A DNA stretch of 64,000 nt. Origin: Dehalococcoidales bacterium. GTDB taxonomy: Bacteria > Chloroflexota > Dehalococcoidia > Dehalococcoidales > G020351185. Made by a program: the position numbers and the translations under genes. The stretch lies in NCBI GenBank assembly GCA_963674855.2, contig CAXXST010000002.1:558887-622886 (forward strand), given 5' to 3'. Below are positions 26,704-36,223 of this stretch, in pieces. The notes under the pieces are model-generated. The model saw nothing but the letters and a program-made list of their open reading frames with translations. It ran no database searches and was not told where the DNA came from. Positions within the stretch are counted from its first letter, which is position 1. Each line of letters starts with the position of its first letter.

Positions 26704-27776
26704 TACGGCTCAGATTCCAGGTAATCACCGGTGGCTTCATAAGCTCTTGCGCGGCAGCCGCCGCATATTCTCTTGTATTCACACCCGCCGCATTTCCCCT
26801 TGAGGTTAGCCAGATTGCGAAGGCTTTGAAAGAGGGGGGAATTATCCCAAACCTCTGCGAAGCTGTCTTTTTTAATATCCCCGGCTTCAACATCAAAATA
26901 ACCGCACCCTTTTACCTTGCCTTCGGCAGAGACAAAACAAAATCCTGTCCCCGCCAGGCAGCCGCGGGTTATGCGGTTTTTTGCGTTGCCGGACATTTCT
27001 TTTTGTGGCTCTGCCTCGCATTCCTGCTTTTGCCTCTGTTTTACAATACGCAGGTAATGCGGGGCATCGGTTGGTTTGAAAAATATCCTGTCCCCAAGCT
27101 GTTTCTGTTTATCGTATATCCAGTTCAGGGTTTCTTCATATCTTTGCGGCGAAAGCTCTACAGCTTCCAGGCTTTTGCCTCTGCCGGTCGGCACAAGCAT
27201 AAAAGGGTGAAAAGCCACCGCTCCAACCTCCAGCGCCAGAGACAAAAGGTCTTCCAGATAATCCACGTTTAACTTTGTAATGGTGCTGTTTATCTGCACT
27301 TCTATTCCCGCTTTGCGGGCGGCTTCAATGCCCTTCATGGCGGCAGCATAAGCGCCTTTTTTGCCCCTGAAATCATCCTGCAATTCCGCTTTTGGAAAAT
27401 CCAGGCTTATCCCTATACGTGATACTGGTATCGTTTTCAGTTGAGCCGCCATATCATCGGTTAAAAGCGTGCCGTTTGTGCCCAGCACCACCCTCAACCC
27501 CTTGTTTGCCGCATATTCGGCTATCTGTAGAAAATCAGGGCGGCAGAGAGGTTCGCCGCCGGTGAGGATAAGAATTGGATTGCCTGCCTCTGAAATCTGG
27601 TCTATAAGGTTAAAGCACTCTTTTGTGGTTAATTCGCCTTCAACACAATCAGAAGTGGATGATCCGCGGCAATGGGCGCAGAAAAGATTGCATTTTGATG
27701 TGATTTCCCAGGCTACCAGTTGCAGCCGGTGGGGGATAATTTCCTGAGACTTTAAGCTTTCAGTTTCTAATGTCAT
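26679..27776 (-). CDS. Radical SAM enzyme of the Ahb pathway (AhbC or AhbD type)
   Basis: CNLFCAHC radical SAM motif and a C-terminal Cys-rich SPASM-like region (CGGCEYKRICGGCRARA). Paralog of the upstream gene. Confidence 0.75.
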   Translation of the reverse strand: MTLETESLKSQEIIPHRLQLVAWEITSKCNLFCAHCRGSSTSDCVEGELTTKECFNLIDQISEAGNPILILTGGEPLCRPDFLQIAEYAANKGLRVVLGTNGTLLTDDMAAQLKTIPVSRIGISLDFPKAELQDDFRGKKGAYAAAMKGIEAARKAGIEVQINSTITKLNVDYLEDLLSLALEVGAVAFHPFMLVPTGRGKSLEAVELSPQRYEETLNWIYDKQKQLGDRIFFKPTDAPHYLRIVKQRQKQECEAEPQKEMSGNAKNRITRGCLAGTGFCFVSAEGKVKGCGYFDVEAGDIKKDSFAEVWDNSPLFQSLRNLANLKGKCGGCEYKRICGGCRARAYEATGDYLESEPYCIYQPGV

Positions 27777-28924
27777 CAGCTTATGCCGATTTCTTCATCT
27801 GTGAGATAACAGGCAGGGTCTTCAGCCCAGACATCCCCGTATTTTGACTCTGCGCGAACCCGTAAGTTTCCATTACACATATCAAGGTGCTGGCATTCGG
27901 CGCAGCGTCCCTTAAGAAGCCCCTTGCGGTCTTTTAAGCCTTTAAGAAGCGTGTCTGAGGTATCTGTCCAGATATCGCCGAATTTTCTCTTTTTAACATT
28001 ACCCAGAGAATAGTGCCACCAGAACTGGTCCGGGTGGACATTGCCACGGTCATCAACACAGCTTATCCTGATGCCGGAGTTATTGCCGCCGTTAATCTGC
28101 ATCAGCTTCTTTACCTCTTCAGCGCGCTCGGGATTTTCTTTTTTAAGTTTCAGATATAGATAAACACCATCTGCGTGGTTGCCTACCGTCAGGATTTCTT
28201 TGTGTAAGCCGCGCTGGTAAAGGTCCAGTGTATGATGAATAATAGTATCCATAACTTCCCTTGCCTGGGAATGGTTTATGTCTTCATTTTGCAGGCTGCT
28301 GCCCCTTCCGGAATAAGCCAGGTGGTAAAGGCAGACACGCTTTATACCTTCTTTTTCCACAAGTTCAAAGATAGCCGGGATATCCATGTAATTGTGGCGG
28401 GTGATAGTCAGCCTTAAAGAAACCCTTATCCCCAGGGCGATACATCTGCGGATGCCTGTAAGAGCGTCTTTGAAAGCGCCTTGCTTGCCACGGAAGTGGT
28501 CATTATGCTCTCCGATGCCATCAAGGCTAATGCCTACCTCCCCGAAGCCAAGGTAGTTCAAATGACTGGCAACCCTGTCTGTAATAAGTGTGCCGTTGGT
28601 GGAAAGCCCTGTTTTTAAGCCGTATTCACGGGCAAGGCTTACCATTTGAAACAAATCCCCCCTCATCAGGGGCTCACCGCCGGAAAAAAGAATTACCGGG
28701 ACACCAAAATCCGCAAGGTCACGGATAAAAGTCTTTCCTTCACTGGTGTCCATTTCATTGGTTGATCCATTGTTGCCGGCAGAGGCATAACAATGGATGC
28801 AGTTAAGGTTGCACTGGCGGGTACAATTCCATACAACAATCGGTCTTGGCGCACCCTTTTTTTCATAGCGAAGGTGATCGCCGGGACCCGCTTCATCGCA
28901 TAGCAGGCGTGTTATAGATATCAT
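27776..28924 (-). CDS. Radical SAM enzyme of the Ahb pathway (AhbD or AhbC type)
   Basis: CNLNCIHC radical SAM motif and a C-terminal CAECQHLDMCNGNLR Cys cluster. 1-nt overlap with the next gene. Confidence 0.75.
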   Translation of the reverse strand: MISITRLLCDEAGPGDHLRYEKKGAPRPIVVWNCTRQCNLNCIHCYASAGNNGSTNEMDTSEGKTFIRDLADFGVPVILFSGGEPLMRGDLFQMVSLAREYGLKTGLSTNGTLITDRVASHLNYLGFGEVGISLDGIGEHNDHFRGKQGAFKDALTGIRRCIALGIRVSLRLTITRHNYMDIPAIFELVEKEGIKRVCLYHLAYSGRGSSLQNEDINHSQAREVMDTIIHHTLDLYQRGLHKEILTVGNHADGVYLYLKLKKENPERAEEVKKLMQINGGNNSGIRISCVDDRGNVHPDQFWWHYSLGNVKKRKFGDIWTDTSDTLLKGLKDRKGLLKGRCAECQHLDMCNGNLRVRAESKYGDVWAEDPACYLTDEEIGIS

Positions 28925-28948
28925 AATATTTTCGGTATTGTGAGGTAT

Positions 28949-29569
28949 TTAATTGCCATTACGGTACTTCTGATATGTAGCTACAAGGGCGACGAGAGCC
29001 TCATCCATGACGTATGTAACCATTGGTATTTTTTCAATGACATGCCCGGTGACGGACTCTCTTTTTTTAAGCAAATGGGTTACGGCGTTCATAATCGGCT
29101 CGCGGTGCAGGATAAAGGCTTCAACGGATTCATTAAGAGAAAGCCCCATTTTATAAAGGATTTCTGCGTGGTCCCTCCCGACGCCTCTCACCAATTCAAT
29201 CGTTTCTTTGCGGTTGCCGGGTTCGGTGATATACTTGATAATCAGGTTAAGCATTCGCCTGCCAAGGTTAGCAAAATGCCCTTGCGCTTCCTGCCCCAGT
29301 TTGCCACGCATACCCTTGAATGGAATATGACCAACCTCGCGGTGTTTGGGGGCGGTTTCTTTAAGCTCTGCAACCAGATCTTTCATGCCAAGCATTTTGG
29401 GATGTGTTCTTATGAACTTCTTTAAATCCGCTTCGTTATAGCGGCGATGTCCGCCCGGAGTTATGAAAGCCTCAAGCAGTCCTTCATCAGTCCACTGGCG
29501 GAGCGACCCCTCGCTGACACCCAGGATATGGCTTGCTTCACTGATATTAATTAATAACTTTTCAGGCAT
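28949..29569 (-). CDS. MerR/excisionase-type HTH regulator with uncharacterised C-terminal domain
   Basis: N-terminus INISEASHILGVSEGSLRQWTDEGLLEAFITPGGHRRY. Ends 24 nt before the first ahb gene on the same strand. Confidence 0.65.
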   Translation of the reverse strand: MPEKLLINISEASHILGVSEGSLRQWTDEGLLEAFITPGGHRRYNEADLKKFIRTHPKMLGMKDLVAELKETAPKHREVGHIPFKGMRGKLGQEAQGHFANLGRRMLNLIIKYITEPGNRKETIELVRGVGRDHAEILYKMGLSLNESVEAFILHREPIMNAVTHLLKKRESVTGHVIEKIPMVTYVMDEALVALVATYQKYRNGN

Positions 29570-29587
29570 AAGTGAAAAACTTCATAC

Positions 29588-29616
29588 TTGCTAATATCTA
29601 CAAAATCTAGTAAAAT
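29588..29616 (+). promoter_or_regulatory. Sigma70-like promoter candidate
   Basis: TTGCTA, 17 nt, TAAAAT, about 100 nt upstream of ORF 29720. The spacer contains a direct repeat AAAATCTA x2. Confidence 0.35.
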
Positions 29617-29719
29617 CTACAGTAGTTTATCTTAAAAAAGCAGCCTTGTCAATATATCTTATATCAGTAACAGCCATTGACGGTGTTTATATATACATCT
29701 GACAGACAGGAGACGCGTA

Positions 29720-30169
29720 ATGACATTCATCCCGAAGCAGGTTAAAGAAAAGCTGAAAAATGACGAGATTATAGAGAAAATATTCAAATTAAGAAAACGT
29801 TTTTCGCCATTGAGTTGCAGCGTATATGCATCAAACTCACGGCTTATTATACAGAAATACGGAAACGTTATCGGCATACCTTATGAATCTATTGAAAGCG
29901 CGGATATAAAACATAAAAGAAGAACACACCTTATAATACTGGGTATTATACATTCCATAGCCGGAGCGCTGATATACTGGACAAAGGGGGAGGGATATTC
30001 CATATTAATGATACCTGCCGGATTTCTTATCATATACTCAGGGTATTCCCAAAATAAGAGCATTGAATTGAATATATCAGGGAGATTAAAACCCATGGAA
30101 ATAAAAGGGCAGGCTCAAAACCTCAGTTCGTTAATGGATATAATCAGGGATAAAACAGATAGTGAATAA
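29720..30169 (+). CDS. Hypothetical protein with two central hydrophobic helices
   Basis: 149-aa ORF with GGAG 8 nt upstream of the ATG. No recognisable catalytic motif. Confidence 0.45.
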   Translation: MTFIPKQVKEKLKNDEIIEKIFKLRKRFSPLSCSVYASNSRLIIQKYGNVIGIPYESIESADIKHKRRTHLIILGIIHSIAGALIYWTKGEGYSILMIPAGFLIIYSGYSQNKSIELNISGRLKPMEIKGQAQNLSSLMDIIRDKTDSE

Positions 30170-30349
30170 ATTGGATTACATATATAGCTGTTAAACATAC
30201 CATTGCAGTAATACGGCTGTTATTTAACCGCTGCCTTCTGACACGGTTTTCTTAAAAGATGACCACGCTTTTTTCAGGGATAATCCTAATATACAGGTAT
30301 TATACTAATATGATAATGAAATATTAGTATATGCAGCATAAGAAACAGA

Positions 30350-30997
30350 TTAATACATAAACAAACCAATTGATTGAGCCGTAAAAACCAGCCCTATTGT
30401 TACCATGGTTACACCGGCAATCCTGCGTATTCTGTCAATTCCCAACCGGCGTCCCAGAAGGAATGATAGCCCCCCGCCGGCAGCTCCGATTACCAGCAGA
30501 AAAAAGGAAGACACCAGCCAGAAGAGCAGGATAAAGATGCTCATTTCAGCAAAGCCAGGCAGGGTAAGCATAAAGGCGATGGCGGCAATTAGCGGCCCGC
30601 AAGGTTTGATGCCGGCTAAAATGCCGAGATACAAAGGGGACCTGACGCCGGACATATGACGGCAGAGAAACCTGCCGGGAAATGATGGTTGATTAAAAAC
30701 GCCGAAAGCCGCCAGTCCGCTGAGTAAAAGAATAATACCGCTGATAAGGGTGGCTGTGGCTACTACAGTTGAACTGACGTTTATTATTTCCTTTACTGCA
30801 AGGAAAACCAGAAGCAAGGCGGCATAGGAAATTAACCTGCCTATGGAGAAGGTGAATGCCGAAACAAAACCGTTGCGGATAGAAGGATTTGCTGCCGTAG
30901 CCGTATAAGGGATAAGCATTGGCATGCAGGTTGCCATACAGCCGAGGCTGGCGCCAAAACCCATAACTAAACCGGCTGAGATAGCAACAGACATCAT
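30350..30997 (-). CDS. Polytopic membrane protein, DsbD_2/CcdA/UreH-like (putative thiol or metal transport)
   Basis: About 6 transmembrane helices. An N-terminal helix carries GCMATCMP, a Cys-x3-Cys inside the membrane. Lies 5 nt downstream of the polyferredoxin gene. Confidence 0.45.
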   Translation of the reverse strand: MMSVAISAGLVMGFGASLGCMATCMPMLIPYTATAANPSIRNGFVSAFTFSIGRLISYAALLLVFLAVKEIINVSSTVVATATLISGIILLLSGLAAFGVFNQPSFPGRFLCRHMSGVRSPLYLGILAGIKPCGPLIAAIAFMLTLPGFAEMSIFILLFWLVSSFFLLVIGAAGGGLSFLLGRRLGIDRIRRIAGVTMVTIGLVFTAQSIGLFMY

Positions 30998-31002
30998 CCC
31001 AC

Positions 31003-32160
31003 CTAAAACAAACCGAAAAATTTATCGCATACAGTAACTATAAACCACATATACCAGCCTAAAACAGCGATAATAGCAAGTGATATGAAAAGCCCCCTGG
31101 CTTTCTTGAAAGTTCCGAACCAGTACATATCTATAGCTTCTTCCGGGCAAGCCTCAATACAGCGTCCGCAACGGATGCAATTGGCATTGGGTTTTCCATC
31201 TCCTTCAACATCATCTGGGGTTATGGCAAACATGCGGCACTCTTGAACACAGTCAAGGCATTTTATACACTTGTCCTTGTTTATCCTGACGCGGAAGAAG
31301 CTGATTTTATTAAAAATGGAAAGGACAGCTCCCATGGGGCAGATATGGCACCACCACCTATGCTTAGTCATAAACGGCAGTATTATGGCAAAAACTACAA
31401 GAATACCGATGACTAACCAGAATACGGGAATAACTGCCAACCACAGCGCCGGGCAGAATATGCACAGGACTGGAAACGACAGGAAAACAGAAAGCAAAAC
31501 CAGAGCCAGCAGAATGCCATACTTGGTGTCTTTGACCCATTCCTTAAGTCCGGCGTAGCGAAGCCCACTGCTTGCAACCCTTGATTTCTTGAGAAAGTTA
31601 AGCCGCCACCTTTCCTTTTTACCGGTAACCATGGCTTCATTAAGTCCACCAAATGGGCATATCCAGCCGCAGAAGCCGCGGCCAAAGACCAGCCCGGTTA
31701 CAATGAAAGGTACTGTTAAAAGCATCATTTCGTTGAAAGTGGTGGGGAAGGATGCTTCCCAGACTCCTGCATCGGGTATATATGACGCCCGCCCAAAAAA
31801 CGCCTCTGGGATAATACGGGCGCAGGGAAAGGAAAGCGTGCCTAAAGATTCGCTTGGTTTGTAGTATTCAATCCATTCATAATGTTCGGGAGCCCAGTCC
31901 AAAAGACCCTTTACTCCCCAGTCGCTTAAAATAACAACCAAGGTAGAGCCAAGAACAACCACAAATATACCTATGTAAAATACACGGCGGAGGCGTTCCA
32001 TACGCTTGGTGGTGAGAATAAAATAAGTGAATACGCCACTGATAAGAGCCATAACGACCCCCAGCCAGGGGAATGGCTTGATATACCACCACAGGGCAAA
32101 TCCTCCCACCAGAAATGCCATCAATATAGCTTGTTTATTAGATCTCACCGCCGGTTTCAT
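31003..32160 (-). CDS. NapH/MauN/NosR-like membrane-bound 4Fe-4S polyferredoxin
   Basis: Multiple transmembrane helices, the CGWICPFGGLNE motif, and C-terminal ferredoxin motifs CIKCLDCVQEC and CIRCGRCIEACP. Confidence 0.7.
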   Translation of the reverse strand: MKPAVRSNKQAILMAFLVGGFALWWYIKPFPWLGVVMALISGVFTYFILTTKRMERLRRVFYIGIFVVVLGSTLVVILSDWGVKGLLDWAPEHYEWIEYYKPSESLGTLSFPCARIIPEAFFGRASYIPDAGVWEASFPTTFNEMMLLTVPFIVTGLVFGRGFCGWICPFGGLNEAMVTGKKERWRLNFLKKSRVASSGLRYAGLKEWVKDTKYGILLALVLLSVFLSFPVLCIFCPALWLAVIPVFWLVIGILVVFAIILPFMTKHRWWCHICPMGAVLSIFNKISFFRVRINKDKCIKCLDCVQECRMFAITPDDVEGDGKPNANCIRCGRCIEACPEEAIDMYWFGTFKKARGLFISLAIIAVLGWYMWFIVTVCDKFFGLF

Positions 32161-32193
32161 GCCGTATTCCTCCAGTCAATCATACTCTTCTAC

Positions 32194-33411
32194 CTAGCCG
32201 ATGGTTTCAAGGAAAGCCTGTATCTGGTAATCCACCTTTTCTGCGTTTTCATTTGGGAAGGTTGTCTCTATAGAAAGCACGGGAACACCAAGTTCCTCTT
32301 TTATGACATCTCTGAACATCCTTTCAGCCCCGGATATATACCGCGAACCGACGACACTGCTTATCATAACGGCGTCGGGACGCTGTTTACTGATTAAATC
32401 CAGTTCACTCCTGACGCGTTTAGCCGAAGGCATATTACATGGCATGCGCCAGATCCATTGCGCCAGGCTGTCAAGGGGTGATTTGGCTTCATCAATAACA
32501 TCATAATAAAGCGGCAGCCTGAAATCACAGCCCACCATGACACCGCCATAGTTTTCAATGGAGTTGAATATGCACAGTTCCTGAGATTCATCCCCCATTA
32601 AATAGACCCGCACCGGGGAAGATGATATTCCGGGGGCGGTTTCTTCTTTGCCAGCCCTGATTCTTAGTTCGTCTATGAGGTTGCGGTAGTGAGTATGCAA
32701 ACCTTCCGGGTCCTGGGCATAGTCTCCCATCATCATCTGGACCAGATAATACTCCAGGGCGGCTATTGGGACTTTGGGCATAGCAAGATATGTATTTATC
32801 TCTGCCATATCCTGCCGCAGCAGGTTGCCAAGATGGATGGAACGGCGTAAATCCCCTTCTGTTACTTTATTTCCAGTATATAATGCCAGCCAATCAAAAA
32901 GCTGTTGCAGTTCCTTTTTAAGGTAGGTCAAAGCAAAAGTTTCCGCTTCCGGATTATAAAATGGTATTTCCCAGAAGTGCAGCGGGGAGGAGCCAGCCTG
33001 CGCCATAACCTGAAAGCTTTTAGTTATCTGGTCGTCCAGGTTGCTGCTGGCGGTGGAGTAGGCGTCAACAGGTAAAAGCGCCTTACCGGTAAGTGTAGCT
33101 CCGAGCATGGCAAGGCTCCAGGGGCTGAAGTCCGGGCTCATACCGGCAGCAGCCGCTTCCGGTCTTAAATCAGTGCGTCCGTTAAAAACAGATTGCACCA
33201 TGCTTTCATTTGTAGCTATATCATAGGCAACAGCATTAGCGGCGTATATAAAATCCACCGGAGACAGCGGACCCTTGGCGATAACCTTTTTGCCTGTAGC
33301 GGCGACCCTCTGCGGGGCGTTAAGGTAAAAGGAAATAAGTTTATCAAAAGACTTAAGGTCAGAATCAAAGCGCAACCCGGCTGTACCGCTGAAACTCTCC
33401 AGTTTCATCAA
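32194..33411 (-). CDS. 2-hydroxyacyl-CoA dehydratase / benzoyl-CoA reductase family subunit (HgdB/BcrB-like)
   Basis: 405 aa. 4-nt overlap with the preceding paralogous subunit. Operon partner of an HgdC-type activase. Confidence 0.65.
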   Translation of the reverse strand: MMKLESFSGTAGLRFDSDLKSFDKLISFYLNAPQRVAATGKKVIAKGPLSPVDFIYAANAVAYDIATNESMVQSVFNGRTDLRPEAAAAGMSPDFSPWSLAMLGATLTGKALLPVDAYSTASSNLDDQITKSFQVMAQAGSSPLHFWEIPFYNPEAETFALTYLKKELQQLFDWLALYTGNKVTEGDLRRSIHLGNLLRQDMAEINTYLAMPKVPIAALEYYLVQMMMGDYAQDPEGLHTHYRNLIDELRIRAGKEETAPGISSSPVRVYLMGDESQELCIFNSIENYGGVMVGCDFRLPLYYDVIDEAKSPLDSLAQWIWRMPCNMPSAKRVRSELDLISKQRPDAVMISSVVGSRYISGAERMFRDVIKEELGVPVLSIETTFPNENAEKVDYQIQAFLETIG

Positions 33412-34592
33412 ACTCCTCTCAACATCTCTATAAAAGCCTCGGCTTTGGTTTTTATAACGCCAACATCCGAAGATGAATATTCAGATTCCAGCAGAAGGGA
33501 CGGGACTTTCAGTTTGTCATTGAGATAGTTTTTTATAATAGGAAACTCTGCCCGCCAGCTATCGCAGTATTTAAGGTTGTAATAGATAATGCCGCTGACA
33601 TTGTAATCGCGGGCAATCTTGGCAATCCGGCTGAGCCTTTTATCCAGGTCTGTCATACAGGGGCAGGGGATATTATAAAGATAGCGTTCTGCCAATGCGT
33701 CAATGGGATTGCCCATAATGCCGAAAATGGTGACGTTCTTACGGGCGAACATAGAGCCGGTGCAGACGGCATCCGCCACGATATTGCCGCCGGACTCATT
33801 TACTATATCCAGAATCTTGTGGTCACCTACGGCAAGAACACTGCCGGTAATCATCAGGCGAACACGATTATCTTTGACGCCTGAAGGCGGCTTCTTTTCC
33901 AGCTCCTGCGTTAAATTATCAAGTTCGGAGAGATAATCATTATGCTCAAGGACGAAACCAGCCTGCGTAATGCGGATGGCGTCACGCCATTCAATTGGAG
34001 AGGAAGGTTCGCGCGGATATTCAAATAGAAGCCGCAGCTTTTCCCTGATGGAATTGCTCAGTTTTATTGAATTACGGATTGCGCTGCCTTTTATCGGTTT
34101 GCCGGCAAAATCGCCCAACCTCTGCCTGAACAACTCAAGCTCCTTCTTAAAATATTCCAGCGCCTGGGGGCGGGAGCGGGAGGCTTCGTGGGTGTGGGGC
34201 ATTCCTATAGAAAACACCGGAATACCCAGATACTTTTCGTAATACTCTGATACCCGTTTCATATTCTCGCAGGTCTGGGCAACGCAGATGGCGTCAAGCA
34301 TGTTAAAATATTCGTTCTTGCCCTCCAGTTTATAGCCCAGGCAGCAGCGGGCGTAAGGGCAACTGTATGACTTAAGAAACTCCTCACCGGCGGTTGCCGG
34401 TTCCAGCTCCCCGCCGAATGCCAGGCGTATGGGAATCATGCCGGCAGCCAGGATGATTTCTTCGGGAACATAGGGGCAGAAATAACCGATAACCTTAGCG
34501 CCGTTTTTCTTTGCTTCGGCTATGCGTTGCGGCTCTTCGGAAAGCCTGTTTTCAAGCCGCCTGATTACTGAATCCTGTGGTTCCGGCACCAT
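33408..34592 (-). CDS. 2-hydroxyacyl-CoA dehydratase / benzoyl-CoA reductase family subunit (HgdA/BcrC-like)
   Basis: KVIGYFCPYVPEEIILAAGMIPIRL, SYSCPYARCCLG and ICVAQTCENM are typical of the HGD-D family. Confidence 0.75.
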   Translation of the reverse strand: MVPEPQDSVIRRLENRLSEEPQRIAEAKKNGAKVIGYFCPYVPEEIILAAGMIPIRLAFGGELEPATAGEEFLKSYSCPYARCCLGYKLEGKNEYFNMLDAICVAQTCENMKRVSEYYEKYLGIPVFSIGMPHTHEASRSRPQALEYFKKELELFRQRLGDFAGKPIKGSAIRNSIKLSNSIREKLRLLFEYPREPSSPIEWRDAIRITQAGFVLEHNDYLSELDNLTQELEKKPPSGVKDNRVRLMITGSVLAVGDHKILDIVNESGGNIVADAVCTGSMFARKNVTIFGIMGNPIDALAERYLYNIPCPCMTDLDKRLSRIAKIARDYNVSGIIYYNLKYCDSWRAEFPIIKNYLNDKLKVPSLLLESEYSSSDVGVIKTKAEAFIEMLRGV

Positions 34593-34615
34593 TCCAGAAA
34601 TAGCCGCCTCCTTTA

Positions 34616-35401
34616 CTATCCGGCGTCACGGGCGATAAGAGCTGCCCCAAGCGCGCCGACAAGCTGGGAATCAATATCCGGGGGAAGCACGATGTCAACC
34701 CCCAGTTCTTGCTGTAAAGCTGTAACAACTCCTGAATTTTTGGCTACACCACCTGTCATCATAATTGTCGGCTTAACGCCGATTCTTTTAACCATATTGC
34801 CCACCTTGCTGGCAATAGCGGTATGCAAACCGGCAACGATACTCTCAACGCTGTCACCCGCCGCCAGAAGAGAGATTATTTCCGTCTGGGCGAAAACAGT
34901 GCAGGCGCTTGAAATATTAGACTTGCTTGTGGCTTGAGCGGATAGACTGCCGAGGTCTTCCAGTGGAACGTGCAGTACCAGTTGCGCCGCCGAATCAAGG
35001 AATCTCCCCGTGCCGGAAGCGCATTTGTCATTCATTAGAAAATCTATGATATTCCCCTGATCACCAAGACTGATTGCTTTGGCGTCCTGTCCTCCTATAT
35101 CAATAATGGTTCTGACAGAAGGCTCCAGGAAGTGAGCGCCGCGGCCATGGCAGGTAATCTCTGTTATCGTCTTGTTGGCAAAATCTGCGGAAACACGGCC
35201 GTAGCCGGTTGCGATTACATACTCTACATCATCTATAGAGTGCTGGCTCTGCTGTAGCGCTGCCTGAAAAACTTCCTTGCCGGCTTGAGGGGGGCTGGTA
35301 CCAGAGGGCTTGATGGCTGTCCACATTTGCCCGCTTTGATTAAGCACTACGGCTTTAACCGTGGTGCTGCCAATATCAATACCGGCTGTAAGTGAAAGCA
35401 T
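34616..35401 (-). CDS. BcrAD/BadFG/HgdC-type ATPase (CoA-substrate-specific enzyme activase)
   Basis: GIDIGSTTVKAVV, DIGGQDAK, NDKCASGTGRF, ACTVFA and TGGVAKN: an ASKHA fold with the bridging-cluster cysteines. Confidence 0.85.
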   Translation of the reverse strand: MLSLTAGIDIGSTTVKAVVLNQSGQMWTAIKPSGTSPPQAGKEVFQAALQQSQHSIDDVEYVIATGYGRVSADFANKTITEITCHGRGAHFLEPSVRTIIDIGGQDAKAISLGDQGNIIDFLMNDKCASGTGRFLDSAAQLVLHVPLEDLGSLSAQATSKSNISSACTVFAQTEIISLLAAGDSVESIVAGLHTAIASKVGNMVKRIGVKPTIMMTGGVAKNSGVVTALQQELGVDIVLPPDIDSQLVGALGAALIARDAG

Positions 35402-35658
35402 GCCCGCTAAAAATACTTCCCTTCTTTAGCTTATGCCCCGTGATTAAGGTAGTATTCTATACCAATTATAAAAATCTGTCCAATCATAATATTGCAAGGT
35501 ATTTACCGTGAGTATTTGCTGCATATTACTATCAGGCTATTTACATATATATTACGGATACTGAATAATAAAGCGTCTTTAACCATTAATGTAATGCATG
35601 CTGGCATTACAGGGGCTGGAAGAAGTTTAAATAAAGCAAAAGAAGGCAGGATATAAAA

Positions 35659-35820
35659 ATGGCAAGTAAATTGAAACGCAGCAGTGAGCAGGTTGCCTGG
35701 GATATACATATAACCAGAGCCAAAATGGCCGAACGCCGCAAGGTTGTGGAAACACTTAACAGGTATCTGGAACAGGATGAGCAGAAACTGGAAGAACTGC
35801 TGAGCAGCATTGACGCCTAA
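35659..35820 (+). CDS. Small charged helical protein (53 aa), hypothetical
   Basis: ATG..TAA frame checked by hand (MASKLKRSSEQVAWDIHITRAKMAERRKVVETLNRYLEQDEQKLEELLSSIDA). The RBS is weak. Preferred over the hydrophobic minus-strand ORFs that overlap it. Confidence 0.3.
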   Translation: MASKLKRSSEQVAWDIHITRAKMAERRKVVETLNRYLEQDEQKLEELLSSIDA

Positions 35821-35874
35821 AGCCAAACACGCCAAACAAAAGGGTAACAACACCCCCCCCGTTGTAAAAACATA

Positions 35875-35903
35875 TTGACAGCCTTATGACTTCAGAGTAA
35901 GCT
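35875..35903 (+). promoter_or_regulatory. Sigma70-like promoter candidate
   Basis: TTGACA, exactly 17 nt, TAAGCT, about 60 nt upstream of ORF 35963. A C8 run lies 15 nt upstream. Confidence 0.4.
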
Positions 35904-35962
35904 GGACATAGGATTAAAAAGCCGCAATCCGGTTCGTTACAGGTTGTATGGAGGTGGTCATT

Positions 35963-36223
35963 ATGGAGAAAAACATAGACAATGCGACCAAGCTGAAACC
36001 AATAGTAGAGAAAGCTGTCAAAGCTCTTTATGGTGGGGCGGTCAAGAACATCAGGATAATGAAAGCAGAGCAGTTTCCTTTGTTCAAAGAGCCTAAAGAA
36101 GGCTGGCTGGTGCATACAGAATTTGACGATGAACGATACGAATATAATGTTCAGATAGATATCCAGATGGCAGACGGGCGCATAACCCGTTCTGTTGAGT
36201 TGCACCGTTTGCCTATATGCTGA
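35963..36223 (+). CDS. Small hypothetical protein (86 aa)
   Basis: GGAGGTGG lies 5 nt before the ATG at 35963; the track start 35948 sits inside that RBS. No recognisable motif. Confidence 0.5.
   Translation: MEKNIDNATKLKPIVEKAVKALYGGAVKNIRIMKAEQFPLFKEPKEGWLVHTEFDDERYEYNVQIDIQMADGRITRSVELHRLPIC

Noticed and set aside
26583-27272. 229-aa plus-strand ORF, and similar long antisense ORFs at 20710..21318, 12422..12955, 6717..7250 and 3740..4178
   Set aside because: All lie opposite strongly supported genes (ahb radical SAM, hemB, Mo large subunit, response regulator, AOR) and lack motifs. These are typical shadow frames in 45-50% GC DNA.
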